From a virus (Duplodnaviria; Heunggongvirae; Uroviricota; Caudoviricetes), in the IMG/VR virus record IMGVR_UViG_3300000553_000015: DNA of 64,000 nucleotides. The stretch is one strand, 5' to 3'. Shown piece by piece: positions 10,901 to 20,025 of this stretch. The first letter of the stretch is position 1; each line of letters starts with the position of its first letter. The notes beneath the pieces are model-generated. The model worked only from the letters and a program-made list of their open reading frames with translations. It had not been told where the DNA came from and searched no databases. The position numbers and the translations under genes are program-made.

Positions 10901-13154
10901 TACAAGCAAGTGAATACCCACCCAATGCAATGTTATTTGCACCAATGCTGTTAGTAGAAAGTGCTCTATTCCCTAAACCTATGTTATTACTGCCAGATGC
11001 TAATGTTCCGACTGGTATAGAAAATCCAGAACCAGTACCACCTAAACTTGTATTAGGAGCAGTGAATACGGTCGAAGCAAATACCCCGGCACCACCTGAT
11101 ACTAGAACAACACCAGTTACAACTGTTCCTGCTACTGTAATGTTAGCAACTGGGTATATGGTTGGTGCGACACCACTAGATAATGTTAAGGTAACATTGT
11201 TGTAGGTACTATTAACATAGCCAGTTCCAGCTGTGATAGTTCCAAATGTTGCAACAGCTGAGTTATTTGCTAATGCACCATTACCAACCGCAAAATTATT
11301 GCTTCCAACTGTGATAACACAACCTGCACACGCTCCTATTGAAACATTGTTATTACCAGTAGTAAGAGCAGTTAATGCATAATTACCAACTGCAAAGTTA
11401 TTACTACCAATAGTAGTCGTAACCATTGAACAATATCCAATTGCAGTGTTGTTATTACCAGTAGTATTATTCCATAAAGAACAATATCCAAGACCAACAT
11501 TATTATTACCAATAGTATTTTTACATAATGAACCAATACCAATTCCAATGTTATTAGAACCAGTTGTAATACTAGTTAATGAACCGGTACCAATTCCTAA
11601 GTTATTATAAGTTGCGGTTAAACTTAATGATGTGCCAGTAATACCAGTTAAATTAGCACCACTTACAACACCAATAGTAGAACACCATGTACCAGTGGTA
11701 ACAGTTCCAACAGCAGTTAAACTGCTAGAGGTAACAGCACTTGCTAAGGTTCCAGTTAAATTACCAGCATTTAGATTTGTAATATTTGTGCCATTAACAG
11801 CACCGATACTTCCACACCAAGTACCAGTTGTAACAGTTCCAACGGTAGATAAAGAAGAACTAGTTATTGTAGATCCAAGTGTTCCAGAACTTAAAACAGC
11901 TGTACCGTTAATTAAGTATCCTTTTGTTGACGCAACATTGATACATTCAGATGATAACCAACTAGTAGAAGTGCAATCCCAATTAAAGGTTTTATTAGAT
12001 GATCCAAGAACAGTAATACCACCGCCATTTGCTGTTATATCAGTAGCACCACCCGCAGTAAATGTAACGGCACCTATGGTATTAGCCGTTGTTGATGTGA
12101 TAGTAATTTGTGTAAGTGAATCTATACTAGTAATGGTTGTAGTGCCACCAAATGGGCCACCAGCTGTAGCAGTAACTGTTTGTCCCACAATTAACCCACC
12201 AACACTAGACACACCAGTCACTGTTGTAGTTGTTGACGTTCCAGAAATAGTTCCAGTTATACCAGTAATAGTTGCAACATTGCCCATTGTAATATTTTTA
12301 TCATCAACTTGCAATGTATTGGTAGCAATGGTCGTAACGGCACCATTGACTGTTAAATTTCCACCTATCGTTGTGTTACCGGATACATTTAATGACGAGA
12401 GTGTTCCAATGGTAGTTAAACTGCTAGAAGTAACAGTAGATGACAATATACCACTTAGATTAGCAGCATTTAAGTTTGTAATACTATTACCATTAATAGC
12501 ACCTATACTTCCACACCAAGTACCAGTGGTAACAGTTCCAACAGCAGTTAAACTACTTGATGTAACAGCACTTGCTAGTGTTCCAGTTAAATTAGCAGCA
12601 TTTAAGTTTGTAATTGAATTACCATTAACAGCACCGATACTTCCACACCAAGTACCAGTGGTAACAGTTCCAACAGCAGTTAAACTACTTGATGTAACAG
12701 CACTTGCTAGTGTTCCAGTTAAATTAGCAGCATTTAGATTTGTAATATTTGTGCCATTAACAACACCAATAGTAGAACACCAAGTACCAGTGGTAACAGT
12801 TCCAACAGCAGTTAAACTACTTGAAGTAACAGCACTTGCTAGTGTTCCAGTTAAGTTAGCAGCATTTAAGTTTGTAATTGAATTGCCATTAACAGCACCA
12901 ATAGTAGAACACCAAGTGCCAGTAGTGATTGTTCCAACAGTTGTTATACCGGTACCACCTATGAATGAAGATGATACATTTACTGTTCCTGAACCTTTTG
13001 GTGCCAAGCATATACTAATATTTGTATCTGCACCCTGTGCAGCTATAGTGATTGCATTACCTGTAGTTGAGCCTAGAACTTGCACATAATTGGTACACGT
13101 AGTACCAATCAATGCGCCATTCCTAGCGTTGAATTCTTTATTTGTAATTGTCAT
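7899..13154 (-). CDS. long tail fibre protein with C-terminal intramolecular chaperone (peptidase S74) domain
   Basis: 1751 aa; G/T/S/N-rich beta-strand repeats (…GTVTTGTWCGSIGAVNGTNITNLNAANLTGTLASAVTSSS… repeated about 9 times, …NALYYNTTGNYNTASGGGALYSNTTG… repeats); C-terminus …DDRLKTKLGIIENAIEKIMSLDGFYYEANETAQELGYIVKREVGVSAQSVQ… typical auto-cleaving chaperone domain of fibres/endosialidases. Confidence 0.8.
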   Translation of the reverse strand: MTITNKEFNARNGALIGTTCTNYVQVLGSTTGNAITIAAQGADTNISICLAPKGSGTVNVSSSFIGGTGITTVGTITTGTWCSTIGAVNGNSITNLNAANLTGTLASAVTSSSLTAVGTVTTGTWCSTIGVVNGTNITNLNAANLTGTLASAVTSSSLTAVGTVTTGTWCGSIGAVNGNSITNLNAANLTGTLASAVTSSSLTAVGTVTTGTWCGSIGAINGNSITNLNAANLSGILSSTVTSSSLTTIGTLSSLNVSGNTTIGGNLTVNGAVTTIATNTLQVDDKNITMGNVATITGITGTISGTSTTTTVTGVSSVGGLIVGQTVTATAGGPFGGTTTITSIDSLTQITITSTTANTIGAVTFTAGGATDITANGGGITVLGSSNKTFNWDCTSTSWLSSECINVASTKGYLINGTAVLSSGTLGSTITSSSLSTVGTVTTGTWCGSIGAVNGTNITNLNAGNLTGTLASAVTSSSLTAVGTVTTGTWCSTIGVVSGANLTGITGTSLSLTATYNNLGIGTGSLTSITTGSNNIGIGIGSLCKNTIGNNNVGLGYCSLWNNTTGNNNTAIGYCSMVTTTIGSNNFAVGNYALTALTTGNNNVSIGACAGCVITVGSNNFAVGNGALANNSAVATFGTITAGTGYVNSTYNNVTLTLSSGVAPTIYPVANITVAGTVVTGVVLVSGGAGVFASTVFTAPNTSLGGTGSGFSIPVGTLASGSNNIGLGNRALSTNSIGANNIALGGYSLACNTSGGSNVALGYQSLYCNTTGSSNFAQGYNALGQNVSGNNNFAQGCAALSRNSIGNNNTAIGCKSLYGNTTGNNNIAIGYCTIYCNTTGSNNISQGYAALKGNTAGNNNIAGGYCSLYCNTTGNTNIAQGYQALVLNTTGSNSIAIGGCALYNTNSTGNNIALGFCSGVSITSGIGNIILGSYGGSAALACTFAVQAGNCLRMKVDNNGLCINGTIVQTGTSITCVGTVTTGTWCGSIGAVNGTNITNLNAANLTGTLASAVTSSSLTAVGTVTTGTWCGSLGTISGANLTGITPGLNSYCSLGIGGLNSASTGLNNIAIGYCSLIANTAGAGNVAMGGYALYCNTTGIQNSAVGVNALYYNTTGNYNTASGGGALYSNTTGIQNSAVGVNALYYNTTGYNNTASGVSALQSNTTGSFNTASGVQALYYNTTGNYNTASGGGALYSNTTGIQNSAVGVNALYYNTTGSYNSAVGVNALQNNTTGSNSVAIGYCSLYNSNATGNNIAVGFCAGAAITTGVNNVVIGSYTGSAAPISATGSNYIILADGAGNVRQVIDSSGNVGIGITSALTDKLQVNGSITGTVIKSTIATGTAPLTVTSTTPVTNLSIGGNAGTVTNGVYTTTAQTLTNKSLSDSTTFFIDETDATKKLQFQLSSITTATTRTLTVPDVSGTIITTGDTGTVTGTMIAAGTITDLDISSSAAITITKLASSTISGVSLGSNLNTLTISSPLTGTSYNGSAAVSIGIPAATTSASGYLTSTDWNTFNNKQPAGSYLTASTGVTTFSGGTTGLTPSTATSGAITLAGTLAIANGGTNSTATPTLGGAGYGTGTALAYTAVGTTGQVLTSQGGAAPIWATPSGGTPYTTASNVQLNSLGIGTPASATAGEIRATNTITAYYSDDRLKTKLGIIENAIEKIMSLDGFYYEANETAQELGYIVKREVGVSAQSVQKVLPEIVVPAPINDKYLTVYYDKLIPLLIQGFKEQQIQIDELRSLMGASK
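9400..10260 (-). repeat. coding repeat block 3 (GTWC unit plus GC-richer NALYYNTTG units)
   Basis: Repeated gtgaatgcactctattacaacaccacaggc… units 9480-9900 and GTWC unit 10080-10260. Confidence 0.6.
11640..11930 (-). repeat. coding repeat block 2 (same unit as 12400..12900)
   Basis: Same ~120-nt unit recurs twice. Confidence 0.65.
12400..12900 (-). repeat. near-identical ~120-nt tandem coding repeats (block 1) inside tail fibre gene
   Basis: Repeated nt strings e.g. ccacaccaagtaccagtggtaacagttccaacagcagttaaactacttgatgtaacagcacttgctagtgttccagttaaattagcagcatttaagtttgtaat. Confidence 0.7.
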
Positions 13155-13214
13155 TCGTTTCCCTATCCACGAAAATCTAACTTAATGTTAGTTCATGTAT
13201 TTAGCAGAAAACGA

Positions 13215-13246
13215 AGAATAGAAAAATAATGCCCCGAAGGGCATTA
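13215..13246 (-). terminator. rho-independent terminator (minus strand) between PAAR gene and tail fibre gene
   Basis: AATGCCC-cgaa-GGGCATT stem-loop followed on the minus strand by ATTTTTCTATT. Confidence 0.55.
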
Positions 13247-13248
13247 TG

Positions 13249-13542
13249 TTAATCGAAGGTATTTGGGGATGCTGTTATGATTTTAGCAGTATATGGACTG
13301 TTTCCTACTTCATCATTTAATCTAGCAACACCTCGTTGGTTTGCTGACCTACCAGGAGATGCTGTTATAATTTCAGATTCGTGTCCACAATCAGCTAATA
13401 CTTTATCACCTAATCTAGCAACTCCTCTATTATTTACAATAACATTAGGAGACGCAGATGTTATTTTGCCACCGATATTGCTGCCATGGACTGAACAATC
13501 TCCCATTGTTTGATCATTCAATCTAGCTATAGCACGACTCAT
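13249..13542 (-). CDS. PAAR-repeat spike-tip protein (T4 gp5.4-like)
   Basis: Three PAAR-type repeats: IARLNDQTMGDCSVHG…, GVARLGDKVLADCGHES…, GVARLNDEVGNS…. Confidence 0.8.
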   Translation of the reverse strand: MSRAIARLNDQTMGDCSVHGSNIGGKITSASPNVIVNNRGVARLGDKVLADCGHESEIITASPGRSANQRGVARLNDEVGNSPYTAKIITASPNTFD

Positions 13543-14225
13543 GCCAATGCAGCCTCGATATCATTCATAACTGTGTCAAACATATTTGACATTCCTGTTC
13601 CTAACCCAGCAAATGCGGATGGTGATGCAGCAGAAGTGACAGCACTTGCTGAATCAGTTAATGCTGGAGATGAAGTTGGTAAAATTCCTTTAGCAAAATC
13701 ACCAACTGCCGAAATACCAGCAGAAGCACCATCACCTAATGTTGTAGCTAAACTTTGTACACCTTTACAAGATAAACTACTAAGATTTATCTTACCAAGT
13801 TCAGCAGCAAGTTTATTTTTTAAATCAGTCAATCCAGCACCAATACTATCAACAACACCTTGTATGGCACTGCCAATAGTGCTTAATGCACCACTTAATG
13901 ATGATTGCAAGTTACTAATAGCATTATTGATTGCAGTAACAGCAGACGCGGCTAATGTATTGAGCTTGCCCATTGCAGTATCAAGTAAACCTGTAATTTT
14001 AGAAACAGCATTATTAATAGATTTTGCTATAGATCCAATCGCTTCAGTAATAGCGTGAACTGCATGTTCAGCAGCTTTGGCAATAGCACCTGCTGCATCA
14101 TCAAATGTTGCAGCCATTGTTCCAAATAAATCACAAGCACTACCAGAATGTGATAACATTGAATCTAACTGTCCACCAATATCAGCTGCTAATGTTGTTA
14201 ATTCTACTGGTATTGCGAATGTCAT
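13539..14225 (-). CDS. hypothetical Ala/Ser/Gly-rich low-complexity protein (possibly structural)
   Basis: 228 aa, A/S/G/I-rich heptad-like repeats; ATGA overlap with PAAR gene. Confidence 0.45.
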   Translation of the reverse strand: MTFAIPVELTTLAADIGGQLDSMLSHSGSACDLFGTMAATFDDAAGAIAKAAEHAVHAITEAIGSIAKSINNAVSKITGLLDTAMGKLNTLAASAVTAINNAISNLQSSLSGALSTIGSAIQGVVDSIGAGLTDLKNKLAAELGKINLSSLSCKGVQSLATTLGDGASAGISAVGDFAKGILPTSSPALTDSASAVTSAASPSAFAGLGTGMSNMFDTVMNDIEAALA

Positions 14226-14512
14226 ACTAATTGAATTCCGGTTGTTCCAGAAAGATATTGAGAAGCATAATCTTTCTCGGTTGGTTCTATAATAACAATA
14301 GACCCGCGTTGTAGCTTTATATCTTTATCAGGATCAACTGTAAATAGATATGGTGCTAAACCAATACCACCTTGCGCTGAGGTCAAAACTCGTGGTTTTG
14401 ATACTTTAATAAAGTCAGTGCGTTCTTCAACCAACTTTGCTATTACTTCTTCACCTGAAGTTAGTTTAATAGTAACTACTTCACCTACACTTACACCTTT
14501 ATCTATAATCAT
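14222..14512 (-). CDS. hypothetical protein (96 aa)
   Basis: ORF with start/stop overlaps on both sides. Confidence 0.45.
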   Translation of the reverse strand: MIIDKGVSVGEVVTIKLTSGEEVIAKLVEERTDFIKVSKPRVLTSAQGGIGLAPYLFTVDPDKDIKLQRGSIVIIEPTEKDYASQYLSGTTGIQLV

Positions 14513-14751
14513 ATTGCTTCCTGCAAATATTGTCGTAATTCATTAAATCCACCAAGATGTCTATCTCCAATGAATATTTGTGGTACTGCCCTAGCAGTTG
14601 GAACAGCTTCTAAAAGATGTTCCCTAGTCCATTTACCATCATCTGTTATTATTCTTTCTTCATACACGATATCGTGTAATTTCATCAATGCCTTTGCCTG
14701 GTCACATTGTGGGCATTGTGATTTACTCCAAATAATAGCGGTTATTGTCAT
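14509..14751 (-). CDS. glutaredoxin / NrdH-like redoxin
   Basis: 80 aa, CPQC redox motif (WSKSQCPQCDQAKALM), genomic proximity to nrdAB. Confidence 0.65.
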   Translation of the reverse strand: MTITAIIWSKSQCPQCDQAKALMKLHDIVYEERIITDDGKWTREHLLEAVPTARAVPQIFIGDRHLGGFNELRQYLQEAI

Positions 14752-14760
14752 TTATTTTCC

Positions 14761-15372
14761 TTAGTCTATTATATTAAATGTGAGCTTATATGCTCTCATT
14801 AATTCAAAATTTGAATATATTAATGCTTGTTTTTTACTAGTTTCAGATAATACATACCGATATTTTTCATAATCATTGTTAGACCCATAAAAATTTTTTA
14901 AATCATCTAATGTATTTAATTTTTGATAAGTATTAGCATTAGTTGGATCATACACCATCAATGTTCTTCCTGATGCAAGTACGTTTTTCCATATACCAAA
15001 TCCTTGAGTGCTTAATAAATCGCCACTAAATAATAATGAACTGTTACTTGCATCTAATATTTTCTGATAAAACTCACTCGCATGAATGGATGAACCTGGT
15101 TTTTTACTTACTAAATTTATGGCGAATCCTTGTTTAAATTTGGACAATCTAGCAATAATTTCAAAATCACCAATCCAGCAATATATATCGTGAACATCAA
15201 CATTTAGAAAATATATATCACCGTTCCGTGTTACATTAAATCCATTTTCTATATTAGAATTTATCACAAGTAATAATTCATCATATGGGTTATTACTTGA
15301 AAAACCAGTATCTCTTGGTAATTCAAATAACCATGATTCATTGAATATTTCTCGATATGTTTTATCTGTCAT
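14761..15372 (-). CDS. hypothetical protein (203 aa)
   Basis: ORF only. Confidence 0.4.
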   Translation of the reverse strand: MTDKTYREIFNESWLFELPRDTGFSSNNPYDELLLVINSNIENGFNVTRNGDIYFLNVDVHDIYCWIGDFEIIARLSKFKQGFAINLVSKKPGSSIHASEFYQKILDASNSSLLFSGDLLSTQGFGIWKNVLASGRTLMVYDPTNANTYQKLNTLDDLKNFYGSNNDYEKYRYVLSETSKKQALIYSNFELMRAYKLTFNIID

Positions 15373-15375
15373 AGG

Positions 15376-15540
15376 TTATGCTATTTGGATTTCAACTAAA
15401 GTGCCAGCGCCTGCTAATTCTTGTACAACTGCTTCTAAACTTACTAATCCATCATCAGTCAATAACAATGATGGTTCATCGCCATCTTTTAATAATTTAC
15501 TGATTTTTACTACTAATACTTGTTCATTTAATTTTGCCAT
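15376..15540 (-). CDS. small hypothetical protein (54 aa, MAKLNEQVLVVKISKLLKDGDEPSLLLTDDGLVSLEAVVQELAGAGTLVEIQIA)
   Basis: Fills gap exactly between two genes; below ORF-track size cutoff. Confidence 0.4.
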   Translation of the reverse strand: MAKLNEQVLVVKISKLLKDGDEPSLLLTDDGLVSLEAVVQELAGAGTLVEIQIA

Positions 15541-15541
15541 T

Positions 15542-16012
15542 TTATATTTCCTTTTTTAATAATTCTTCAAATTCTTTTTTCAATTTTGAAATTTCTTCTT
15601 CCATTAATTTAGCTCTTTCATTAGCTATTTCATCCCATTCTTTTTTAGATTGAGCTTGAGATTTTAGACTACCATCTTGCATCATTGTGTATGTGCAATC
15701 TTCTAATGATTTTCCTGCTTTTAATCCTTTTATATCTATGTAGCTACTCAACGATGGATCATAAAAGTATGCAGCTTGTTCCATTTCTTTAAAAACCGAT
15801 AGATGTTCGGTTGGTTTATCAAATTTAATAAAACACGGAGCATCGATACTATCTGATACATTTTTAATTTTGATACTATACTCTGCAAATTTATCAGATA
15901 ACCAATCCAAAAATTGCACTCTCAGACATTTATTCTTATCTTCAATTCTATCAAATTTAGCTTGTAAGTTTTTTATTCTTAAAATATCTTCTTCACTTGC
16001 AACATCTATCAT
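15542..16012 (-). CDS. hypothetical coiled-coil protein (156 aa)
   Basis: ORF; K/E-rich coiled-coil ends. Confidence 0.4.
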   Translation of the reverse strand: MIDVASEEDILRIKNLQAKFDRIEDKNKCLRVQFLDWLSDKFAEYSIKIKNVSDSIDAPCFIKFDKPTEHLSVFKEMEQAAYFYDPSLSSYIDIKGLKAGKSLEDCTYTMMQDGSLKSQAQSKKEWDEIANERAKLMEEEISKLKKEFEELLKKEI

Positions 16013-16013
16013 T

Positions 16014-16457
16014 TTATTTTCCTATATTATATGTTTGCTGGAATATGTCTTTCTTGACAACCCCATAATCATTATCACCATGACGAATGATTACATCTTC
16101 ACCAGCTTTATAATGCAACGGTTCACCCCACGATGTATTTACAACCCCATCGTGATCAGCTAATTTAGCAAGTTTGATGATCTTTTTTGGAACACATATT
16201 CCATCACCATTATCATCTTTTAGTTCATGAAACTTTTCAGGTGGCATACTATATTGTTCACCTTTTGGACCAGTTAGTATATACCATCCCTTTTTATAAT
16301 GTTGTGGCTTGCCATCACTTTCTAGTGTATCTATAGTTCCAGGTTCATCTGCAATTTCATAGTGTTCTGGATTACCTTTCTTAAAGGTCTCAAAAGCATC
16401 GGTCTTAAACCAATGTTCTGTAATACCTTCTGAAACCATATCAATTAACTCTCTCAT
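16014..16457 (-). CDS. hypothetical protein (147 aa)
   Basis: ORF preceded by perfect sigma70-type promoter. Confidence 0.5.
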   Translation of the reverse strand: MRELIDMVSEGITEHWFKTDAFETFKKGNPEHYEIADEPGTIDTLESDGKPQHYKKGWYILTGPKGEQYSMPPEKFHELKDDNGDGICVPKKIIKLAKLADHDGVVNTSWGEPLHYKAGEDVIIRHGDNDYGVVKKDIFQQTYNIGK

Positions 16458-16484
16458 AAATTTATCTCATTTAATAAAATAGAT

Positions 16485-16513
16485 ATTATACATTAAATTT
16501 CTACAATTGTCAA
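16485..16513 (-). promoter_or_regulatory. sigma70-consensus early promoter TTGACA-N17-TATAAT (minus strand)
   Basis: plus tgtcaa 16508-16513 / attata 16485-16490, exact 17-nt spacer, ~27 nt upstream of ATG 16457. Confidence 0.6.
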
Positions 16514-16665
16514 ATATTATGCTGATTTTAATGTTTTAAATTTTCCTTTAAATCGTTCCCACTTAGTAGATGGTTTAGCATATGCATAATCAACCCATAA
16601 ATCTCTATATTTTTTCTCTGGTTTTTTCTAACATTAATCTCATATATTATCTTTTGGATATTTTT

Positions 16666-17718
16666 TTACCAAATCTTGGAAAAATCCAATTCTGATATAT
16701 TATTTATTACACCACCAGAAAGGTATGAAGAAATTTCAACTTCTTGTGGTGCTACTTGGGTATTAACAGATGTTAAATGCTTTTCAATCCATGGAATTGG
16801 GTGCGAAATCTTGACATCAGCAGTTGGCAATCCAATACTTTTCATTCGTTTAGCTGTTAAAAAATCTATATAATTATGTAATATATCTGCATTTATACCT
16901 AATATACTACCGGTAGAAAATAAATATTCTGCCCATTCTTTTTCTTGGTCTCTTGCTGATATGAAAATATTAGCAGCTTTGTCTCTATTATCACCTATAA
17001 TTTGAATAAATTCGGGATCATCTTTTGGTAATAGTTTTAAAATATGCTGGACTAATGCTAAATGGACGTTTTCATCCCTAGCAATAAGTTTAACAATCTT
17101 AGCAGAACCTTCTACTTTTGCTCTTTCTAGGAATGAGAATGTACATGCAAATGATACGTAAAATCTAATTGCTTCCAATGCATTTGCCGAAACTAATGCA
17201 AGATATAAGTTTTCTTTGTTTGGATTATTAATCATATTATCATAATTTAGTGTAATATCAGTGGCACAATTTGCAATAGATTCGATATTAACCATATCAT
17301 CAACTATAACTTTTGGATCAGGATATATTGCTCTAATAATATGTGTATAGCTTTCTGAATGGATTGTTTCAAAAAATGCCCACGTTGTCAGACAATTTTC
17401 CAACATTGGATCTGAACAGTGAGGTAAAAAAGCTAATGTAGGTGCTCTTCCCTGAACAGAATCTAATAATATTTGTCTTTTAATATTAGATGTAAATACA
17501 AATTGTTCTTGATCGGTCATTTGTGAAAACGATCTTTTTTCTTGGGACATATCAATTTCTTGTGGTCTCCAATAAAATGATTTCATTTGTTGATCAAGTT
17601 TGTCCAAAATTGGATATCTAACTACATCATATCTAGAAATTCCATGCCCAGTATTGCCAAAGAATAATTTTTCTGATGTTGAACTCATTGTTAATATATT
17701 ACTCATTTCATTTCTCAT
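16666..17718 (-). CDS. nrdB: ribonucleotide reductase class Ia small subunit
   Basis: 350 aa, diiron/tyrosyl radical family pattern (…SESYTHIIRAI…, …ENVHLAL…); adjacent to nrdA with ATGA overlap. Confidence 0.8.
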   Translation of the reverse strand: MRNEMSNILTMSSTSEKLFFGNTGHGISRYDVVRYPILDKLDQQMKSFYWRPQEIDMSQEKRSFSQMTDQEQFVFTSNIKRQILLDSVQGRAPTLAFLPHCSDPMLENCLTTWAFFETIHSESYTHIIRAIYPDPKVIVDDMVNIESIANCATDITLNYDNMINNPNKENLYLALVSANALEAIRFYVSFACTFSFLERAKVEGSAKIVKLIARDENVHLALVQHILKLLPKDDPEFIQIIGDNRDKAANIFISARDQEKEWAEYLFSTGSILGINADILHNYIDFLTAKRMKSIGLPTADVKISHPIPWIEKHLTSVNTQVAPQEVEISSYLSGGVINNISELDFSKIW

Positions 17719-19958
17719 AGTTTACACGCCCCGCTTTCGCATCCAGTATCAATTTCTTCTCCACTATTATCATTTGTTTGGCAATAATATAATGTCTTAA
17801 TTCCTAATTTATATGCTAAAATTAAATCCTCGATTAATTTAGCCATAGTAATTTCTCCTTTAGCTGGGTCATAACTAGTATTGGCCGAGATACTTTGATC
17901 AACATATTTTTGAAAAACAGCAACTGTTTTTAAATAATCTTGAACATCTACGTTCCACAATGTTTCGTATATATTATTCAATTTTAAATAATCTGGCACT
18001 ACTTGTGGTAACACACCATCTTTCGATCCCTTAATTGTTATTAGATTTCTTGGTGGTTCAATACCATTAGTTGCGTTAGCTAGTGTAGAACTAGTTTCAC
18101 TTGGCATTAATGCCATTAAACATCCATTTCTAATACCATGAGTTAACAATTCTGTTTTCAAAAAATCCCAATTCATTAGTGGATTATTTACTGGAATCTT
18201 TGCCAAATCTCTTGGAACAATACCATCAGCGTATCTAGTTCTCATTTGTAATGCACCAAATTCTTTTGCCAAGTCAATAGATGCTTCAGTTAAATAATAT
18301 GCTTGCTTTTCCATCAATGTTTCTGTGTTAATCAATGATTCATTAGAACCCCACGCAGAACGACATTTGGCTAACCAATGTGCATATCCTATTATGCCAA
18401 TACCAAGTGGCCGATACAACTCAGTTGCTCGTTTTGCAGCTTCGATTGGATATTCTTGGTATGTTAAAATTGAATCTAATCCACGTACTAATACTTGACA
18501 ACAATCTTTTAATATTGTTTCTTCTTTATCAGAAAGATTGTTTGAAAATTTACCCCAATTGATCGCCCCCAAGGTGCATAATGATACTAATGAATCATCA
18601 TACCCCATTGGTTTTGCCGGAAGAGCAATTTCTAAACACAAGTTACTTTGATATATATTTTCATAAAAGGGAGTTTGACTATTCATAGTATCTGAATTGA
18701 TAATATAAATCCTGCCTGTTTCAAAACGTTCGTTCATTATTTTAGTAAAGAACTCTTCCGCACTTAATGATTTTTTTGATATATTTCTATTGTTTTCATA
18801 TTTGGTGTATAATTCTTCAAATAGTTTTATATCATTACTATAAAATGATTCATATAAGTCTGGAACTTCTTCTGGTGAAAACAACGTAATATTTTCACCT
18901 GTTACTAATCTCTTGTATAATGTTTCATTTAATGCAATGGAGTAATCCATTGTTCTAATACGGGTTTCATCTGTGCCTTTATTGTTTTTTAATTCAATTA
19001 ATCTTTCAAATTCAAAATGCCATCCGGGAAAACTTGCTGTACAACTCGCCCCCCTCACAGACCCTTGTGAACAAGACTTCAATGCTGCATTAAAATATTT
19101 TGTAAATGGTATTATTCCTGTGGTAATAGTCTCACCATTACGCACTGGTTGACCAATTGCGCGGATTCTACCAATATTAAGACCTATGCCAGCTTTTCTT
19201 GATGCATATTCTACTATTGCAGCAGCGGTCGAATTAATTGATTTCAGAGAATCCCCTGATTCTATAATAGTACAAGAGGAAAACTGTTTAACTTTAGTTC
19301 GTAATCCTGCCATAATTGGGGTAGGTAATGAAATATAATGCTGACTAACTAAATCATAGAATTTCTTAATCCATCCCATTCTGGTATCGGATGGATACTC
19401 TGCAAATATTATCATAGAAACTATGATATATGGAAATTGAAATGATTCATATAGTTGCTTAGTTTTTCTATTTTGAACCAAATATTTTTTACGCATTTGT
19501 TCTGACCCAGCATATCTGAACAAATCATCCCGCGCATGAACTATAAAAGAATTAATGATATCTATGTCATTCTGGTTATACTTGTCGATTATATCCGGTG
19601 TATAAACTCCTAATTCTATATTTTTCTTTAATATTTCACCTAGATTCGGGGGGGTGTTATAACCAAACGCTTCTTTTCTGACCGCCAACCAAGTTAATCT
19701 GGCGGCAACATGATCATAATTGGGAGAATCTTCTGAAATTAAATCAGCAGCCGCTTTGATGATCATTTCATGAATATCTTTTGTTTTAATTTTATTATGA
19801 AAATGCGGATTTGCTTGCATTTCTATTTGGGAAACTGAAACACCTTTTATTGGAGGTAATTCATTTCCTCCTGTGCACGCCCATTCTATTACCGCGTGTA
19901 ATTTGGATAAATCCAACGGCTCTAGTGAGCCATTTCTTTTAGTTACTTGCATAAACAT
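17715..19958 (-). CDS. nrdA: ribonucleotide reductase class Ia large subunit
   Basis: 747 aa; ATP-cone N-terminus, catalytic NLCLEI/…SCTLGA…/PSETSS motifs, C-terminal CESGAC redox tail. Confidence 0.85.
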   Translation of the reverse strand: MFMQVTKRNGSLEPLDLSKLHAVIEWACTGGNELPPIKGVSVSQIEMQANPHFHNKIKTKDIHEMIIKAAADLISEDSPNYDHVAARLTWLAVRKEAFGYNTPPNLGEILKKNIELGVYTPDIIDKYNQNDIDIINSFIVHARDDLFRYAGSEQMRKKYLVQNRKTKQLYESFQFPYIIVSMIIFAEYPSDTRMGWIKKFYDLVSQHYISLPTPIMAGLRTKVKQFSSCTIIESGDSLKSINSTAAAIVEYASRKAGIGLNIGRIRAIGQPVRNGETITTGIIPFTKYFNAALKSCSQGSVRGASCTASFPGWHFEFERLIELKNNKGTDETRIRTMDYSIALNETLYKRLVTGENITLFSPEEVPDLYESFYSNDIKLFEELYTKYENNRNISKKSLSAEEFFTKIMNERFETGRIYIINSDTMNSQTPFYENIYQSNLCLEIALPAKPMGYDDSLVSLCTLGAINWGKFSNNLSDKEETILKDCCQVLVRGLDSILTYQEYPIEAAKRATELYRPLGIGIIGYAHWLAKCRSAWGSNESLINTETLMEKQAYYLTEASIDLAKEFGALQMRTRYADGIVPRDLAKIPVNNPLMNWDFLKTELLTHGIRNGCLMALMPSETSSTLANATNGIEPPRNLITIKGSKDGVLPQVVPDYLKLNNIYETLWNVDVQDYLKTVAVFQKYVDQSISANTSYDPAKGEITMAKLIEDLILAYKLGIKTLYYCQTNDNSGEEIDTGCESGACKL

Positions 19959-20025
19959 CCTTGTTCAATTGTTTTTTTGTATTTATGAATGACTCATTAG
20001 TATAAATTTATATTTCTTTAATTTT

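Noticed and set aside
8221-13089. Long plus-strand ORFs (8221..8583, 10264..10653, 10930..11205, 11632..13089 with 485 aa, and others) opposite the tail-fibre gene
   Set aside because: These are shadow ORFs created by the repetitive GT-rich codon composition of the fibre gene. Their repeats (…HQVPVVTVPTAVKLL…) are simply the reverse complement of the fibre repeats.
13510-14058. 182-aa plus-strand ORF
   Set aside because: It lies entirely antisense inside the Ala/Ser-rich minus gene and is a low-complexity shadow.
16458-16665. 208-bp AT-rich gap downstream of nrdB, and other intergenic regions, examined for tRNA or CRISPR features
   Set aside because: No GC-rich cloverleaf-compatible segments, no repeat-spacer periodicity and no coding ORF were found. 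It probably holds only the promoter at 16485-16513.
17715-19958. Looked for a group I intron, intein or endonuclease insertions inside nrdA/nrdB
   Set aside because: Both ORFs are continuous and of canonical length (747 and 350 aa). The nearest homing endonuclease is free-standing downstream at 20026.
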